The notes beneath the pieces are model-generated. The model had not been told where the DNA came from. It did no database searches and worked only from the letters and a program-made list of their open reading frames with translations. Shown here one piece after another: positions 50,261 to 58,925 of a stretch of DNA of 64,000 nt. The DNA comes from Candidatus Shapirobacteria bacterium (lineage in GTDB: Bacteria > Patescibacteriota > Microgenomatia > UBA12405): assembly GCA_022837635.1 (NCBI GenBank), contig JALHFY010000002.1:5055-69054 (forward strand). The letters run 5' to 3'. Positions within the stretch are counted from its first letter, which is position 1. Each line of letters opens with the position of its first letter. A program made the translations under genes and the position numbers.

Positions 50261-50331
50261 TGGTTCATTCCACAGACCTGGAAAGTCTGCGGCCTTCATC
50301 GGCCTCGCGGGTTCGAATCCCGCCCCCTCCG
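50246..50331 (+). tRNA. tRNA-Ser (GGA), type II
   Basis: Acceptor GGAGGGG/CCCCTCC, discriminator G, D-arm GGA-TAGTGGTTCAT-TCC, anticodon loop CTGGAAA, long variable arm GGCCTTCATCGGCC, T-arm GCGGGTTCGAATCCCGC; CCA not encoded. Confidence 0.8.
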
Positions 50332-50376
50332 CTAAAAACTACACAAAACTATTATGAGGTATTAAAATCTAATAGA

Positions 50377-52143
50377 ATGGCACAAGTTTTTAAGACAACA
50401 GATTATACAATCGGTAAATTAATTGACGATATTGAAATCGGTGATATTGCTTTACCTGATATTCAACGTCCTTTTGTTTGGTACAAAAAAATATCAAAAG
50501 TTCGTGATTTGTTTGATTCTATTTATCGCGGTTATCCGATTGGTTATCTGCTTTTTTGGGAAAACGCAAACAGAAGTGATTACAGAAATATTGGGTTTGA
50601 AGAGAAAAAACGAAAAATACCAAGGTTTTTAATAATTGACGGACAACAAAGATTAACTGCTCTTTTCGCTGTAATGAAAAATCAGGAAGTTTTAACTCCT
50701 GACTATGAAAGTAAAAAAATTAAGATTGCATTTCGTCCAATAGACGCAAACTTTAAGGTTGGTGATGCAGCTACTGACCGAGACCCAGAATATATACCTG
50801 ATTTGTCAGCTTTATGGTCTGGAGAGGGTGACTATGCTGTGATTAGTAGTTTTATTTCTCAATTAAAAGAAAAACGGGAAATTACAAGAGAAGAAGAAAA
50901 GATAATTTCTACTAACATTCAATCTCTTATTAATGTTAATAAATATCCACTGACAGCTCTTGAAATAGCTCCAGACTTGGATGAAGAAATTGTATCGGAA
51001 ATTTTTGTCCGTATTAATAGTCAAGGCGTAAGTTTAACGCAAGCCGACTTTATTTTAACCCTACTTTCTGTTTATTGGGAAGAAGGGAGAACAGAAATTG
51101 AACAATTTTGTATTGATTCAAGGACGATTCCGGAAAAAGAAAGTCCCTTTTCTTCTTTTAATCATTTAATTAAACCTGATCCGGATGATATGCTTCGTGT
51201 TTTAGTGGGCTTGACATTTCGCCGCGCAAAAATGAAAGATGTTTATTCTGTTATTCGTGGACGTGATATGGAAACTGGAGAATTTTCTGAAGATTTAAGA
51301 ACACAACAGTTTGATAAATTAAAATTAAACTTACCAATAGTTCTGGATAATACTAACTGGCAAAGTTTTCTAAAAATTCTGATTGGAAGTGGATATAAAG
51401 ACGAGGAACTTATATCATCAAAAAATGCGGTCTTGTATAGTTATGTCCTTTTTCTGATTGGAAAAGAAAATTTTAACACCCAAAACCATGAGCTACAAAG
51501 AATTATCGGACGATGGTTTGTAATGTCTTCTTTGACAGGAAGGTATTCTTCTTCACCAGAAACCGCTTTTGAAAAGGATTTAAGTAGAATTAAAGAGTTT
51601 AGTCATGATGGATTTATTGACGGACTGGAAAAAATAATTGACGAGAATTTAACTAATGATTTTTGGGATATTACATTAGTCGGACAAATGGAAACGTCAT
51701 CAGCAAGAAGCCCAGAAGCCAACGCATTTTATGCAGCACTTAATAAACTTGGTTCACAGGTTTTGTTTTCTCGTAAACTGGTCGGTGATCTTTATGATCC
51801 ATCATTAAAAATTAGAAAGAAGCGTCTAGAAAGACATCATATTTTCCCAAGAAATTATCTTATTGCGAAATATGGATTTGATAAAAATAAAGACAAAGCA
51901 AAAATAAACCAAATTGCTAACCTGACATTTTTAGAATTTGAAGACAATATTGAAATTAGTGATAGTGCGCCAAGTGAATATTTTGCGATGCTTAAAAAGC
52001 GTTTTTCTGAAGAAGAGCTAAATCAAATGCTAGCTCAACATGCTATTCCACAAAAATTTTATGAACTAGAATATGATGAGTTTCTTAAAGAGAGAAGGAA
52101 GTTAATGGTGGGAGTTATTAGACAGGCATTTAACAAAACATAG
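50377..52143 (+). CDS. GmrSD-like type IV restriction protein (DUF262 ParB-like NTPase/nuclease + DUF1524 HNH-like)
   Basis: N-terminal ...DIQRPFVW...IIDGQQRLTALF (DUF262 DGQQR motif); C-terminal ...ERHHIFPRNYL...NQIANLTFLE (DUF1524 His-Me finger). The ORF-track N-terminal extension through the tRNA is rejected. Confidence 0.75.
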   Translation: MAQVFKTTDYTIGKLIDDIEIGDIALPDIQRPFVWYKKISKVRDLFDSIYRGYPIGYLLFWENANRSDYRNIGFEEKKRKIPRFLIIDGQQRLTALFAVMKNQEVLTPDYESKKIKIAFRPIDANFKVGDAATDRDPEYIPDLSALWSGEGDYAVISSFISQLKEKREITREEEKIISTNIQSLINVNKYPLTALEIAPDLDEEIVSEIFVRINSQGVSLTQADFILTLLSVYWEEGRTEIEQFCIDSRTIPEKESPFSSFNHLIKPDPDDMLRVLVGLTFRRAKMKDVYSVIRGRDMETGEFSEDLRTQQFDKLKLNLPIVLDNTNWQSFLKILIGSGYKDEELISSKNAVLYSYVLFLIGKENFNTQNHELQRIIGRWFVMSSLTGRYSSSPETAFEKDLSRIKEFSHDGFIDGLEKIIDENLTNDFWDITLVGQMETSSARSPEANAFYAALNKLGSQVLFSRKLVGDLYDPSLKIRKKRLERHHIFPRNYLIAKYGFDKNKDKAKINQIANLTFLEFEDNIEISDSAPSEYFAMLKKRFSEEELNQMLAQHAIPQKFYELEYDEFLKERRKLMVGVIRQAFNKT

Positions 52144-52216
52144 ATTAATACTGTATATAGTTAGCTTGTGTGAGTTATTTTGAAAAAGTTTGAAGGTGGA
52201 AGTGAAGCAGCAATAA

Positions 52217-52729
52217 TTATTTCTTAGCCTTGAGGAGAGCTACAAGACGGGCATGGGCTTTTTTGAGAAGATTACGTTCAAAATCATAGGCTAGTTTTTT
52301 GAGAGCTTCGTCATAGTGGTACCATTCACGACCAATAACAGTCTCGGAATCGTAATATTTTAGATTGCTGTCTTCACGATATTCCATCAGAAAAAAAGTG
52401 ACTTTTTTGATAATTTTTTTGTTGGTAACTTCGTCCCAGATAATATAATCTCTCGAACCGATTTTATCGATAATGGTGGCTTTGATGCGACCTTCTTCTT
52501 CCACTTCGCGAATGGCGGCTTGTTTTAGGACTTCACCGGGATTGAGATGACCTTTGGGAAACTTATAAATAGTATGGCGGGTTTTTTGACCGTGGCGCAA
52601 AGTACGTTTTTTGGAGAGAGTTTTGATGACAAACCAGAGAATTTCCCCATTGTTGACACGATAAACGATGCCTCCGGCGGAGCGTTCATCATAATTTAAA
52701 TTAGCCTGTTTTTGGGGAGTTTTGGTCAT
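52217..52729 (-). CDS. NUDIX hydrolase
   Basis: Nudix box [23 protein letters not shown]. Confidence 0.75.
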   Translation of the reverse strand: MTKTPQKQANLNYDERSAGGIVYRVNNGEILWFVIKTLSKKRTLRHGQKTRHTIYKFPKGHLNPGEVLKQAAIREVEEEGRIKATIIDKIGSRDYIIWDEVTNKKIIKKVTFFLMEYREDSNLKYYDSETVIGREWYHYDEALKKLAYDFERNLLKKAHARLVALLKAKK

Positions 52730-52751
52730 GAGATATTATACAATACGGGGG

Positions 52752-52825
52752 TATACCCGAGAGGATTTGAACCTCCAACCTTCAGCTTCGGAGGCCGACG
52801 CTCTATCCAATTGAGCTACGGGTAT
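52752..52825 (-). tRNA. tRNA-Arg (CCG)
   Basis: Minus-strand cloverleaf with acceptor ATACCCG/CGGGTAT, U8A9, D-arm GCTC-AATTGGATA-GAGC, anticodon loop CTCCGAA, T-arm GGAGGTTCAAATCCTCT, discriminator A. Confidence 0.7.
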
Positions 52826-52832
52826 GGGTCCC

Positions 52833-53183
52833 CTATTTTACCTCAATTTTAGCCAATTCGTCGTTAAGTTCGCCGGTAAACATCTCTGCCGGTCTAAAGC
52901 CGACAAAATCTTTGATAATTTTACCTTGATAAAAAAGTTTCAGGTTGGGAATGCTCATAATTTGATAATCAAAGGCTAGAGAACGGTTGTCAGATTGTTC
53001 GGTGTCTACTTTGGCGACTTTGAGTTTACCGTCAAATTGTTTGGCAATCTCTTCCAGAACTGGGGCCATCATTTGACAAGGTCCGCACCAAGGCGCCCAA
53101 AAATCGACTAAAACCGGTAATTTTTCGTCTAAAACTTCAGTTTTGAATTGGTCGACACCAAGAATGTTAAGAGGTGGTGACAT
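52833..53183 (-). CDS. trxA: thioredoxin
   Basis: [13 protein letters not shown] active site. Confidence 0.85.
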   Translation of the reverse strand: MSPPLNILGVDQFKTEVLDEKLPVLVDFWAPWCGPCQMMAPVLEEIAKQFDGKLKVAKVDTEQSDNRSLAFDYQIMSIPNLKLFYQGKIIKDFVGFRPAEMFTGELNDELAKIEVK

Positions 53184-53406
53184 ATTTTTTTAAGTTAATT
53201 AATAATTTTTTATCGCTTTTTTTAAGTTTGGGAAAGCAAGAATCAAACTGCTCTTCGACAATAGTGGTAGTGAGACTGGAAAGAGCTGATTTAGCGGCTT
53301 TGAGTTGAGTCAAAATTTGCAGACAATCGGCCTGAGAATTCAGCATTTTTTTAATACCTTCCAGTTGCCCGATAATATTGTTGAGGCGTTGCTGTTTTGA
53401 TTTCAT
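53167..53406 (-). CDS. CsoR/RcnR/FrmR-family metal-sensing transcriptional repressor
   Basis: 79 aa, ...RLNNIIGQLEGIKKML...DCLQILTQLKAAKSAL... four-helix pattern with a conserved Cys (W-X-Y-Z position). Confidence 0.65.
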   Translation of the reverse strand: MKSKQQRLNNIIGQLEGIKKMLNSQADCLQILTQLKAAKSALSSLTTTIVEEQFDSCFPKLKKSDKKLLINLKKYVTTS

Positions 53407-53421
53407 AATTTACTTTAACAT

Positions 53422-53438
53422 ACACCCCCTGGGGGTGT
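53422..53438. promoter_or_regulatory. G/C-tract palindromic operator (CsoR-type) in the csoR / yibE-F divergent intergenic region
   Basis: ACACCCCC-T-GGGGGTGT, resembling CsoR/RcnR operators (TAC/G-tract palindromes). Confidence 0.45.
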
Positions 53439-53467
53439 CAAGAAATAAAGATGGAGTAAAATAATTT

Positions 53468-54517
53468 ATGAAAAAAATCTTAGTATGGTTAACCCTGTGG
53501 TGCTGGATAATTAATCCAAAAATAGTGGTAGCAAAGAATCCAAGTGTCGGTTTTCAGGGTGAGGTGGTGGAAATTTTAGAGGAAAAAGAGATTGAGGTGA
53601 TGGAGAAAAAACAATGGTATCAAAAGTTGGTGGTGGAAAGTTTGGATAAAAGTCAGCAGGTAGAAATAGAAAACGGCAATGATCCCCTGGCCAACGTGGT
53701 CAAATATCAAGTGGGTGACCAGGTGATAGTTAACACTGAAGGGGAAGCTTATATTGTCGATTTTGTGAGAAGCAAAGCGTTGGTGTGGTTAGCAATAATT
53801 TTTGTGGGATTGTTAATCGCGGTGGCCGGGAGTCGCGGGGCATGGTCGCTGTTGGCGATGGGAGTAACTTTCTTGGTCGTATTTTGGTTTATGTTGCCAC
53901 GGATTTTGGCGGGAGATAATCCGGTAGTGATCGCCATTTTGTCATCTTTGTTTATCATCCCGGTAACTTTTTATATGTCTCACGGTGTTAATCGTAAAAC
54001 GACGATTGCCATTATCGCCTCGGTAATTACTTTAATAATTGCGGCAATATTGGGATGGATTTTTATCAAGTTGGGTTATTTAACCGGATTGTCTTCGGAG
54101 GAAGCGGGAATGTTGGCTTTGGATAAAAGTAATTTACAAATGCGAGGGGTATTGTTGGCGGGAATGGTAATCGGGGCCTTGGGAGTGTTGGATGATATCA
54201 CTGTGTCACAGTCGGCCATTGTAGAGGAATTGGCGACCACAGCCGAGTTAAAAAAAGCCAAAGATTTGTACAATCGGTCGATGGTGGTGGGCAAGGATCA
54301 TATTACTTCAATGGTAAATACTTTAGTGTTGGCTTATGCCGGAGCGGCCATGCCCTTGATGTTAATCTTTGTGAATAATCCCCACCCTTTTGGAGAAATT
54401 ATTAACTATGAAATGATAGCTGAGGAAATTATCCGCACCTTGGTGGGTAGCATTGCTCTGATTTTAGCGGTGCCGATCAGTAGTTTTATCGCCGCGAATT
54501 GGAAGAGGGAGAGTTAA
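53468..54517 (+). CDS. YibE/F-family polytopic membrane protein
   Basis: Signal/TM, an about 100-aa extracytoplasmic domain, then 7-8 TM helices with Gly-rich segments; family assignment by architecture. Confidence 0.5.
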   Translation: MKKILVWLTLWCWIINPKIVVAKNPSVGFQGEVVEILEEKEIEVMEKKQWYQKLVVESLDKSQQVEIENGNDPLANVVKYQVGDQVIVNTEGEAYIVDFVRSKALVWLAIIFVGLLIAVAGSRGAWSLLAMGVTFLVVFWFMLPRILAGDNPVVIAILSSLFIIPVTFYMSHGVNRKTTIAIIASVITLIIAAILGWIFIKLGYLTGLSSEEAGMLALDKSNLQMRGVLLAGMVIGALGVLDDITVSQSAIVEELATTAELKKAKDLYNRSMVVGKDHITSMVNTLVLAYAGAAMPLMLIFVNNPHPFGEIINYEMIAEEIIRTLVGSIALILAVPISSFIAANWKRES

Positions 54518-55065
54518 GAACTTTTCACCTGTAAAAATCGGTTGGATTGGTAAAAAGATTCGACACTTCCGAGTTGCCACCAACCTGTCAATTCTGGTTG
54601 AATAATTAATTCCGGCTGATGAAAGGGAACACGTCCGGGAGATAAAGTTAAACTCAAAGGATGTGTGCCCCGACTATCTCTAATTTGAATTAGCTCTTGG
54701 CCTTCAAAAACAGTACCCAGCCTAAATAGTGATCTACGAATAGCAATATCTTGGAGATGAGTATGAACGGTTTCTTGAATGGTGTAATCAAGACCAGAAT
54801 GAACATTGCTGGGATGATCATCATACACATCAGAGGCACTGGAAACTAAATCCTTAAGAATCAATCGATTATTTTTTAAAAAAATAAAGTAGGCGTCCTC
54901 ATATATTTGACAGGCTTGGATAAAATCTAAATTACAGCGACCAAATTTCCAAATTAGATGCCAATTACCAGGCCCATAAGACTGATCCCAAAGACGATAT
55001 TTTTCATCTCTTTTAGAGCCTAAATAACCAACTTGTTGATTTAGTGTTTCGTATTCGCAATTCAT
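54514..55065 (-). CDS. hypothetical protein
   Basis: 183-aa ORF with no confidently recognised motif. Confidence 0.3.
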   Translation of the reverse strand: MNCEYETLNQQVGYLGSKRDEKYRLWDQSYGPGNWHLIWKFGRCNLDFIQACQIYEDAYFIFLKNNRLILKDLVSSASDVYDDHPSNVHSGLDYTIQETVHTHLQDIAIRRSLFRLGTVFEGQELIQIRDSRGTHPLSLTLSPGRVPFHQPELIIQPELTGWWQLGSVESFYQSNRFLQVKSS

Positions 55066-55097
55066 AGACGAACTTTAAACTGAAATCATTTGAAAGT

Positions 55098-55119
55098 CTA
55101 GTAAAGTCGACTTCACTAG
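55098..55119. promoter_or_regulatory. 22-bp near-perfect palindrome (core AAGTCGACTT) upstream of the wHTH-NUDIX gene, followed by -10 TATAAT
   Basis: CTAGTAAAGTCGACTTCACTAG; TATAAT at 55139-55144; a related copy sits upstream of the paralog at 63211-63224. Confidence 0.45.
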
Positions 55120-55150
55120 ATTTCAGAAAAGGGCGGGCTATAATCCCCTT

Positions 55151-55840
55151 ATGGAAGAACTACATGAATATCAATTTTCAATTTTAAGAACTTTATTATT
55201 TAAACCAGGAGCACGATTTTCCGAATTAAATAAAGTCGGTATAAGTAGTGATCATTTTAATTTTCATGTTAAACAATTGAGTAATTGGGGTTTGGTTAAA
55301 AAGGAAAATCAAAGATACTTTTTGACTAATAAAGGTAAGGAATTGGCGGGGAGGATGGATACTGATCAACTGACGATAGAGAAACAAGCCAAGTTGGGGG
55401 TGGCATTACATGCTGTTCGTAAGAATAAGGGAGTGACGGAATATTTAATTCATCATCGATTAAAAGAACCACTGTATGGTTGGTACGGTTCACATTCAGG
55501 CAAAATTCGTCGGGGAGAAAATCCGGAAGAAACCGCCAAACGAGAGTTTTTTGAGGAAACAGGTTTAACAGGTAAATTTAGTCTGAAAGCGATTAAGCAA
55601 CAACGAGAATTTGATGCTACCGGGAAATTGTTAGAGGATAAATATTTTTGGGTCTATCGAGTGGATGATGTCCAAGGTACGTTGAAAGAAAAGGTAGAGG
55701 AGGGGGAAAATTTGTGGATGACAAAAGAAGAAATTAAAAAACTAAAAAATGTGTTTGCCAGTTTTGAGGAAATGTATGAAGTTTTGGAGAGTCAAGAAGT
55801 GTTGATTTTAAGAGGTGACAGGACGCTGGAAAAATATTAA
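55151..55840 (+). CDS. winged-HTH + NUDIX hydrolase fusion protein (paralog A)
   Basis: N-terminal approx. 70-aa wHTH (ILRTLLFKPGARFSELNKV...HVKQLSNWGLV); C-terminal Nudix box GKIRRGENPEETAKREFFEETGL. Confidence 0.65.
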   Translation: MEELHEYQFSILRTLLFKPGARFSELNKVGISSDHFNFHVKQLSNWGLVKKENQRYFLTNKGKELAGRMDTDQLTIEKQAKLGVALHAVRKNKGVTEYLIHHRLKEPLYGWYGSHSGKIRRGENPEETAKREFFEETGLTGKFSLKAIKQQREFDATGKLLEDKYFWVYRVDDVQGTLKEKVEEGENLWMTKEEIKKLKNVFASFEEMYEVLESQEVLILRGDRTLEKY

Positions 55841-56455
55841 TTAATCTAACAAATGGGCTTGGTCGTTCCAGCATTTAAGTTGCCAGGGGCCGTGTTCGTT
55901 GGTCAAAATGGAAATACCAGTATTGCCTAATCTAAGGAATTTTCTTGAATCGATGACAATTTGAGGAGTGAGATTATCGCCAAAAAAGAGAAGAGAGGTG
56001 AGGAAACTGATGAAGTTACCATGAGAGACAACTAAAATATTGTCTTGATTAAATGACTCTAAAAATTTGATAGCCTGGTATCCCCTCTTTTGTAAATCAT
56101 AAAAATTTTCTTCATCGGAATAGTGCCAATGGGGGTCGGAGACAAATTTTTCTTTAATTTTTTTTAAAACAGAGGTTACCTGAGGATTTTCATAGGCGAG
56201 ACCGACAATTTCTGAAGGTTTTCTAGTTTCAATAAAAAGATCACTGGCGATAACTTTTTTAGAAATAAAATTGGCAGTTTGAAGGGCTCTGGTGTAGGAG
56301 GAAGAAACAACTAAATCTAATTTAAAATCTTCGAAACGATGGGCTAATTTTTTAGCTTGCTCCAGTCCCTTGTCATTGAGAGGCTCATCAGGAGTTTGAG
56401 TTTTGGCCTGTTGACGGGCATCAGTGGCCCCATGACGAACAAAATAAAGGTTCAT
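55841..56455 (-). CDS. histidine-phosphatase superfamily protein
   Basis: YFVRHGAT (RHG motif), ...SSYTRALQTA..., ...VVSHGNFI; overlaps the upstream NUDIX gene by 4 nt (operon). Confidence 0.7.
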   Translation of the reverse strand: MNLYFVRHGATDARQQAKTQTPDEPLNDKGLEQAKKLAHRFEDFKLDLVVSSSYTRALQTANFISKKVIASDLFIETRKPSEIVGLAYENPQVTSVLKKIKEKFVSDPHWHYSDEENFYDLQKRGYQAIKFLESFNQDNILVVSHGNFISFLTSLLFFGDNLTPQIVIDSRKFLRLGNTGISILTNEHGPWQLKCWNDQAHLLD

Positions 56456-56943
56456 ATTTTGTGTGCGTATTTTTCATCAAAGATTTTAATGACATGGTCA
56501 ATTTTGGAGGGGTCGATTTGGCGAGTTTGCATAATTTCTTCGATAAAAGGACGAAGTTCAACATAAGTAAGGTGAGTACTGGGAGTCAATTTTAATTTAG
56601 CCACCTCGTCAAGAGTAAACCAAGCGATACCTTGACCTTCACCGGGACCAAGTTTAAATTTGTCTTCATCTGCCTTGTCAACAAAAGCGACAAAAACATG
56701 GACATTTTCGCCACGACTGCCCCGACGGGTAAGAACATGTTGACAATGTGGCAATCTAACGGAAACTTCTTCCTCAACTTCACGAAGCACGGCCTCGCGG
56801 GGACTTTCCCCCGGCTCAATGCCACCACCGACTATTTGCCAACAATCAGGTGAAGGAATAGTGGGAATGTTGTCCCGATGAAAAAGAAGAACTTTGTCAG
56901 GGCTCATGATTAAAGCACTAGCACCATCTTTGACTCTTTCCAT
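56452..56943 (-). CDS. NUDIX hydrolase
   Basis: Nudix box GGGIEPGESPREAVLREVEEEVSV. Confidence 0.75.
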   Translation of the reverse strand: MERVKDGASALIMSPDKVLLFHRDNIPTIPSPDCWQIVGGGIEPGESPREAVLREVEEEVSVRLPHCQHVLTRRGSRGENVHVFVAFVDKADEDKFKLGPGEGQGIAWFTLDEVAKLKLTPSTHLTYVELRPFIEEIMQTRQIDPSKIDHVIKIFDEKYAHKI

Positions 56944-57004
56944 GAGAATATTGTATCGCTAATGGATATAGACTGATTGAAAAGAAGTTGGAGGAAAGAG
57001 GAAA

Positions 57005-57421
57005 TTATTTCAACAGGGATTTAAACTCGGGATAATTTTCGGCGATAATTTTTTTCCATTTGTCGGTTTCTCGAGGTTCACCAATTTCGTTTTTGGAATA
57101 CACCAACAGGATTCTGATAGTTTTTTTATGGGAATCAACGGCGGCAATAAGGCGATTGCCTGAACTTTTGGCGGAAATATTGCTACCGGCAATCTTAAAA
57201 TCAAGCTTAACAATCATCCAGGAATCAATGGGACAGATAATATCCAACTGTGCGGTGTTGGAAATATGCTTGGGAGCAATATTATCATAACGACGAAGAA
57301 ATTCTCTGATGGCAGTTAAAGTGACATTCCAGGCTTTACCTTTATATTTTTTGGAAAACTTGCGAATATAGTGATTTTCGGCAAATCTTTCAATAAAAAC
57401 TGAATAGTCATTAGTAGACAT
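57005..57421 (-). CDS. putative toxin of a Panacea-type toxin-antitoxin pair (family unknown)
   Basis: 138-aa basic protein whose start overlaps the 3' end of the HTH-Panacea gene by 11 nt; no known toxin motif recognised. Confidence 0.4.
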   Translation of the reverse strand: MSTNDYSVFIERFAENHYIRKFSKKYKGKAWNVTLTAIREFLRRYDNIAPKHISNTAQLDIICPIDSWMIVKLDFKIAGSNISAKSSGNRLIAAVDSHKKTIRILLVYSKNEIGEPRETDKWKKIIAENYPEFKSLLK

Positions 57422-58091
57422 AATCGGGGTCCTGTTGGGTGATTAATTCGTAAGGTATCACTTCCCCGGGGTTACAAATTTGATAAGGAAGTTGCTGATG
57501 AGTGAAATCAACGATTTCTGAAGTTCTTTTACCTTTCCATTTTTGGGCAATTTTCTGGATTAATTGTTGTTCTTGAGTATTTAAGATTTTGGATTGGAAT
57601 TGCTGGCCGGTATCGCTAAGACTAATCAATTGACTATTGTCTTTGAAGAGAATATTGATTTTTCCATCTAAAAAAAGTTCATCAATGGCCCGAAAATAGT
57701 GGTTGGGAACAGGACCTTGGTCCAAACGGCGATATTGAGCACCGGTCATTGGTTCTAGTTGTGAATAAAACCAGGCAAAATCAGCTAAGTAAATGAGTTT
57801 AGCAAGTTTGGTTTTGGTCATTTGACCGTCATCATCGGCACCATATTTGAGCATGTTTAACAAAACTTCAGTATATTTTTCTTCGTTTAAGATGTTTTCG
57901 GAAATGATATCAGTAGTACCAACACCGAGTCTGTTGGCCAAATTGCTAACTTGGTTCAAGGTTAAATTGGGACTACCGTTTTTTTCCAGGGCGATATAGG
58001 TGGCACGAGAAATACCTAGAGCGGCAGCCATTTGGGCTTGAGTCCAACCTTGATTTTTACGTAACTTGGCAATGTATTGTGCATCAATCAT
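57411..58091 (-). CDS. XRE-family HTH + Panacea (DUF4065) domain antitoxin-like protein
   Basis: N-terminal HTH (LRKNQGWTQAQMAAALGISRATYIALEKNG); C-terminal ...KTKLAKLIYLADFAWFYSQLEPMTGAQY..., typical of Panacea/SocA-like domains. Confidence 0.65.
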   Translation of the reverse strand: MIDAQYIAKLRKNQGWTQAQMAAALGISRATYIALEKNGSPNLTLNQVSNLANRLGVGTTDIISENILNEEKYTEVLLNMLKYGADDDGQMTKTKLAKLIYLADFAWFYSQLEPMTGAQYRRLDQGPVPNHYFRAIDELFLDGKINILFKDNSQLISLSDTGQQFQSKILNTQEQQLIQKIAQKWKGKRTSEIVDFTHQQLPYQICNPGEVIPYELITQQDPDYVY

Positions 58092-58115
58092 GCTTTAGTT
58101 TAGTTCTGAGTGGTA

Positions 58116-58140
58116 AAAATGTCAAATTTTTTGACATTTT
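58116..58140. promoter_or_regulatory. inverted repeat operator upstream of the HTH-Panacea gene
   Basis: AAAATGTCAAA-ttt-TTTGACATTTT about 25 nt upstream of the start, plus a third half-site AAAATGTCA at 58167-58175. Confidence 0.4.
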
Positions 58141-58221
58141 AATGTAAAAAATGGGGACAGGATTTGAAAATGTCACACTGGATAAAAAGTCAGGTGGAGG
58201 AATATTTACGACCACAAAATA

Positions 58222-58785
58222 TTATTTTTTAAGAGATATATTTGACTGTGAATTACGAAAAGTTGCGGTAATTTTGGTAAATATGTGACGTGGATGATCG
58301 TTGTTTTGATCAAAAGTCATCTTTTCATTTTTTGGTTCTATGAAAAGTTGAGCTTTATCTTTGCTTTTTCGACTGCCAGCCAACACCATTAATTGAGCTT
58401 CATTTTTTTTATTTTTAGAAATTTTAACTTCAACCCAATAATCATCATCAGATTTGTGTTCATTTTTAACTTTTATTAATTCTCCGTCTATATTAATAAT
58501 GTCTGCATTTTTAAACTTAAATGACTTGGAAATGCTTATAAAGTCTTCTGTTTTTTCCTCAATTGGCTTATCAAGAGTAATTTTAAAATCACAGTTTATA
58601 CACTCATACTTGTATTCCCCTATAGAATACTTTTCTTTAGATTTTTTTAGATTGCAATTACATTTAGGGTTTGGACATAATGGAGTTGTGTGGGTACTTA
58701 TAGAACCACTAAAAGGATTCTTGACATAAAACAAATGCCAATTAATTTTATGCCAATGATATATTATTAGTTTTTTGTGTTTCAT
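58222..58785 (-). CDS. hypothetical Cys-rich protein (very AT-rich gene)
   Basis: CPNPKCNC...CINC zinc-ribbon-like motifs; Lys-rich; compositionally aberrant. Confidence 0.3.
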   Translation of the reverse strand: MKHKKLIIYHWHKINWHLFYVKNPFSGSISTHTTPLCPNPKCNCNLKKSKEKYSIGEYKYECINCDFKITLDKPIEEKTEDFISISKSFKFKNADIINIDGELIKVKNEHKSDDDYWVEVKISKNKKNEAQLMVLAGSRKSKDKAQLFIEPKNEKMTFDQNNDHPRHIFTKITATFRNSQSNISLKK

Positions 58786-58925
58786 ACTTTTGTATAAATT
58801 TATGAAATGTACATTATATATACCGAAATAAACCCGAAGTCAAGAGGTGTGATTTAATCAATATTAAGAATGAATATTGAAAATTAACTACTTTACTTCG
58901 GGTATTGATCGGGTAATATGTAAGT

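Noticed and set aside
50260-50376. N-terminal 39 codons of the 627-aa ORF reading through the tRNA-Ser gene
   Set aside because: That stretch translates the tRNA-Ser sequence. The DUF262 protein more plausibly starts at the ATG at 50377 (MAQVFKTTDY...).
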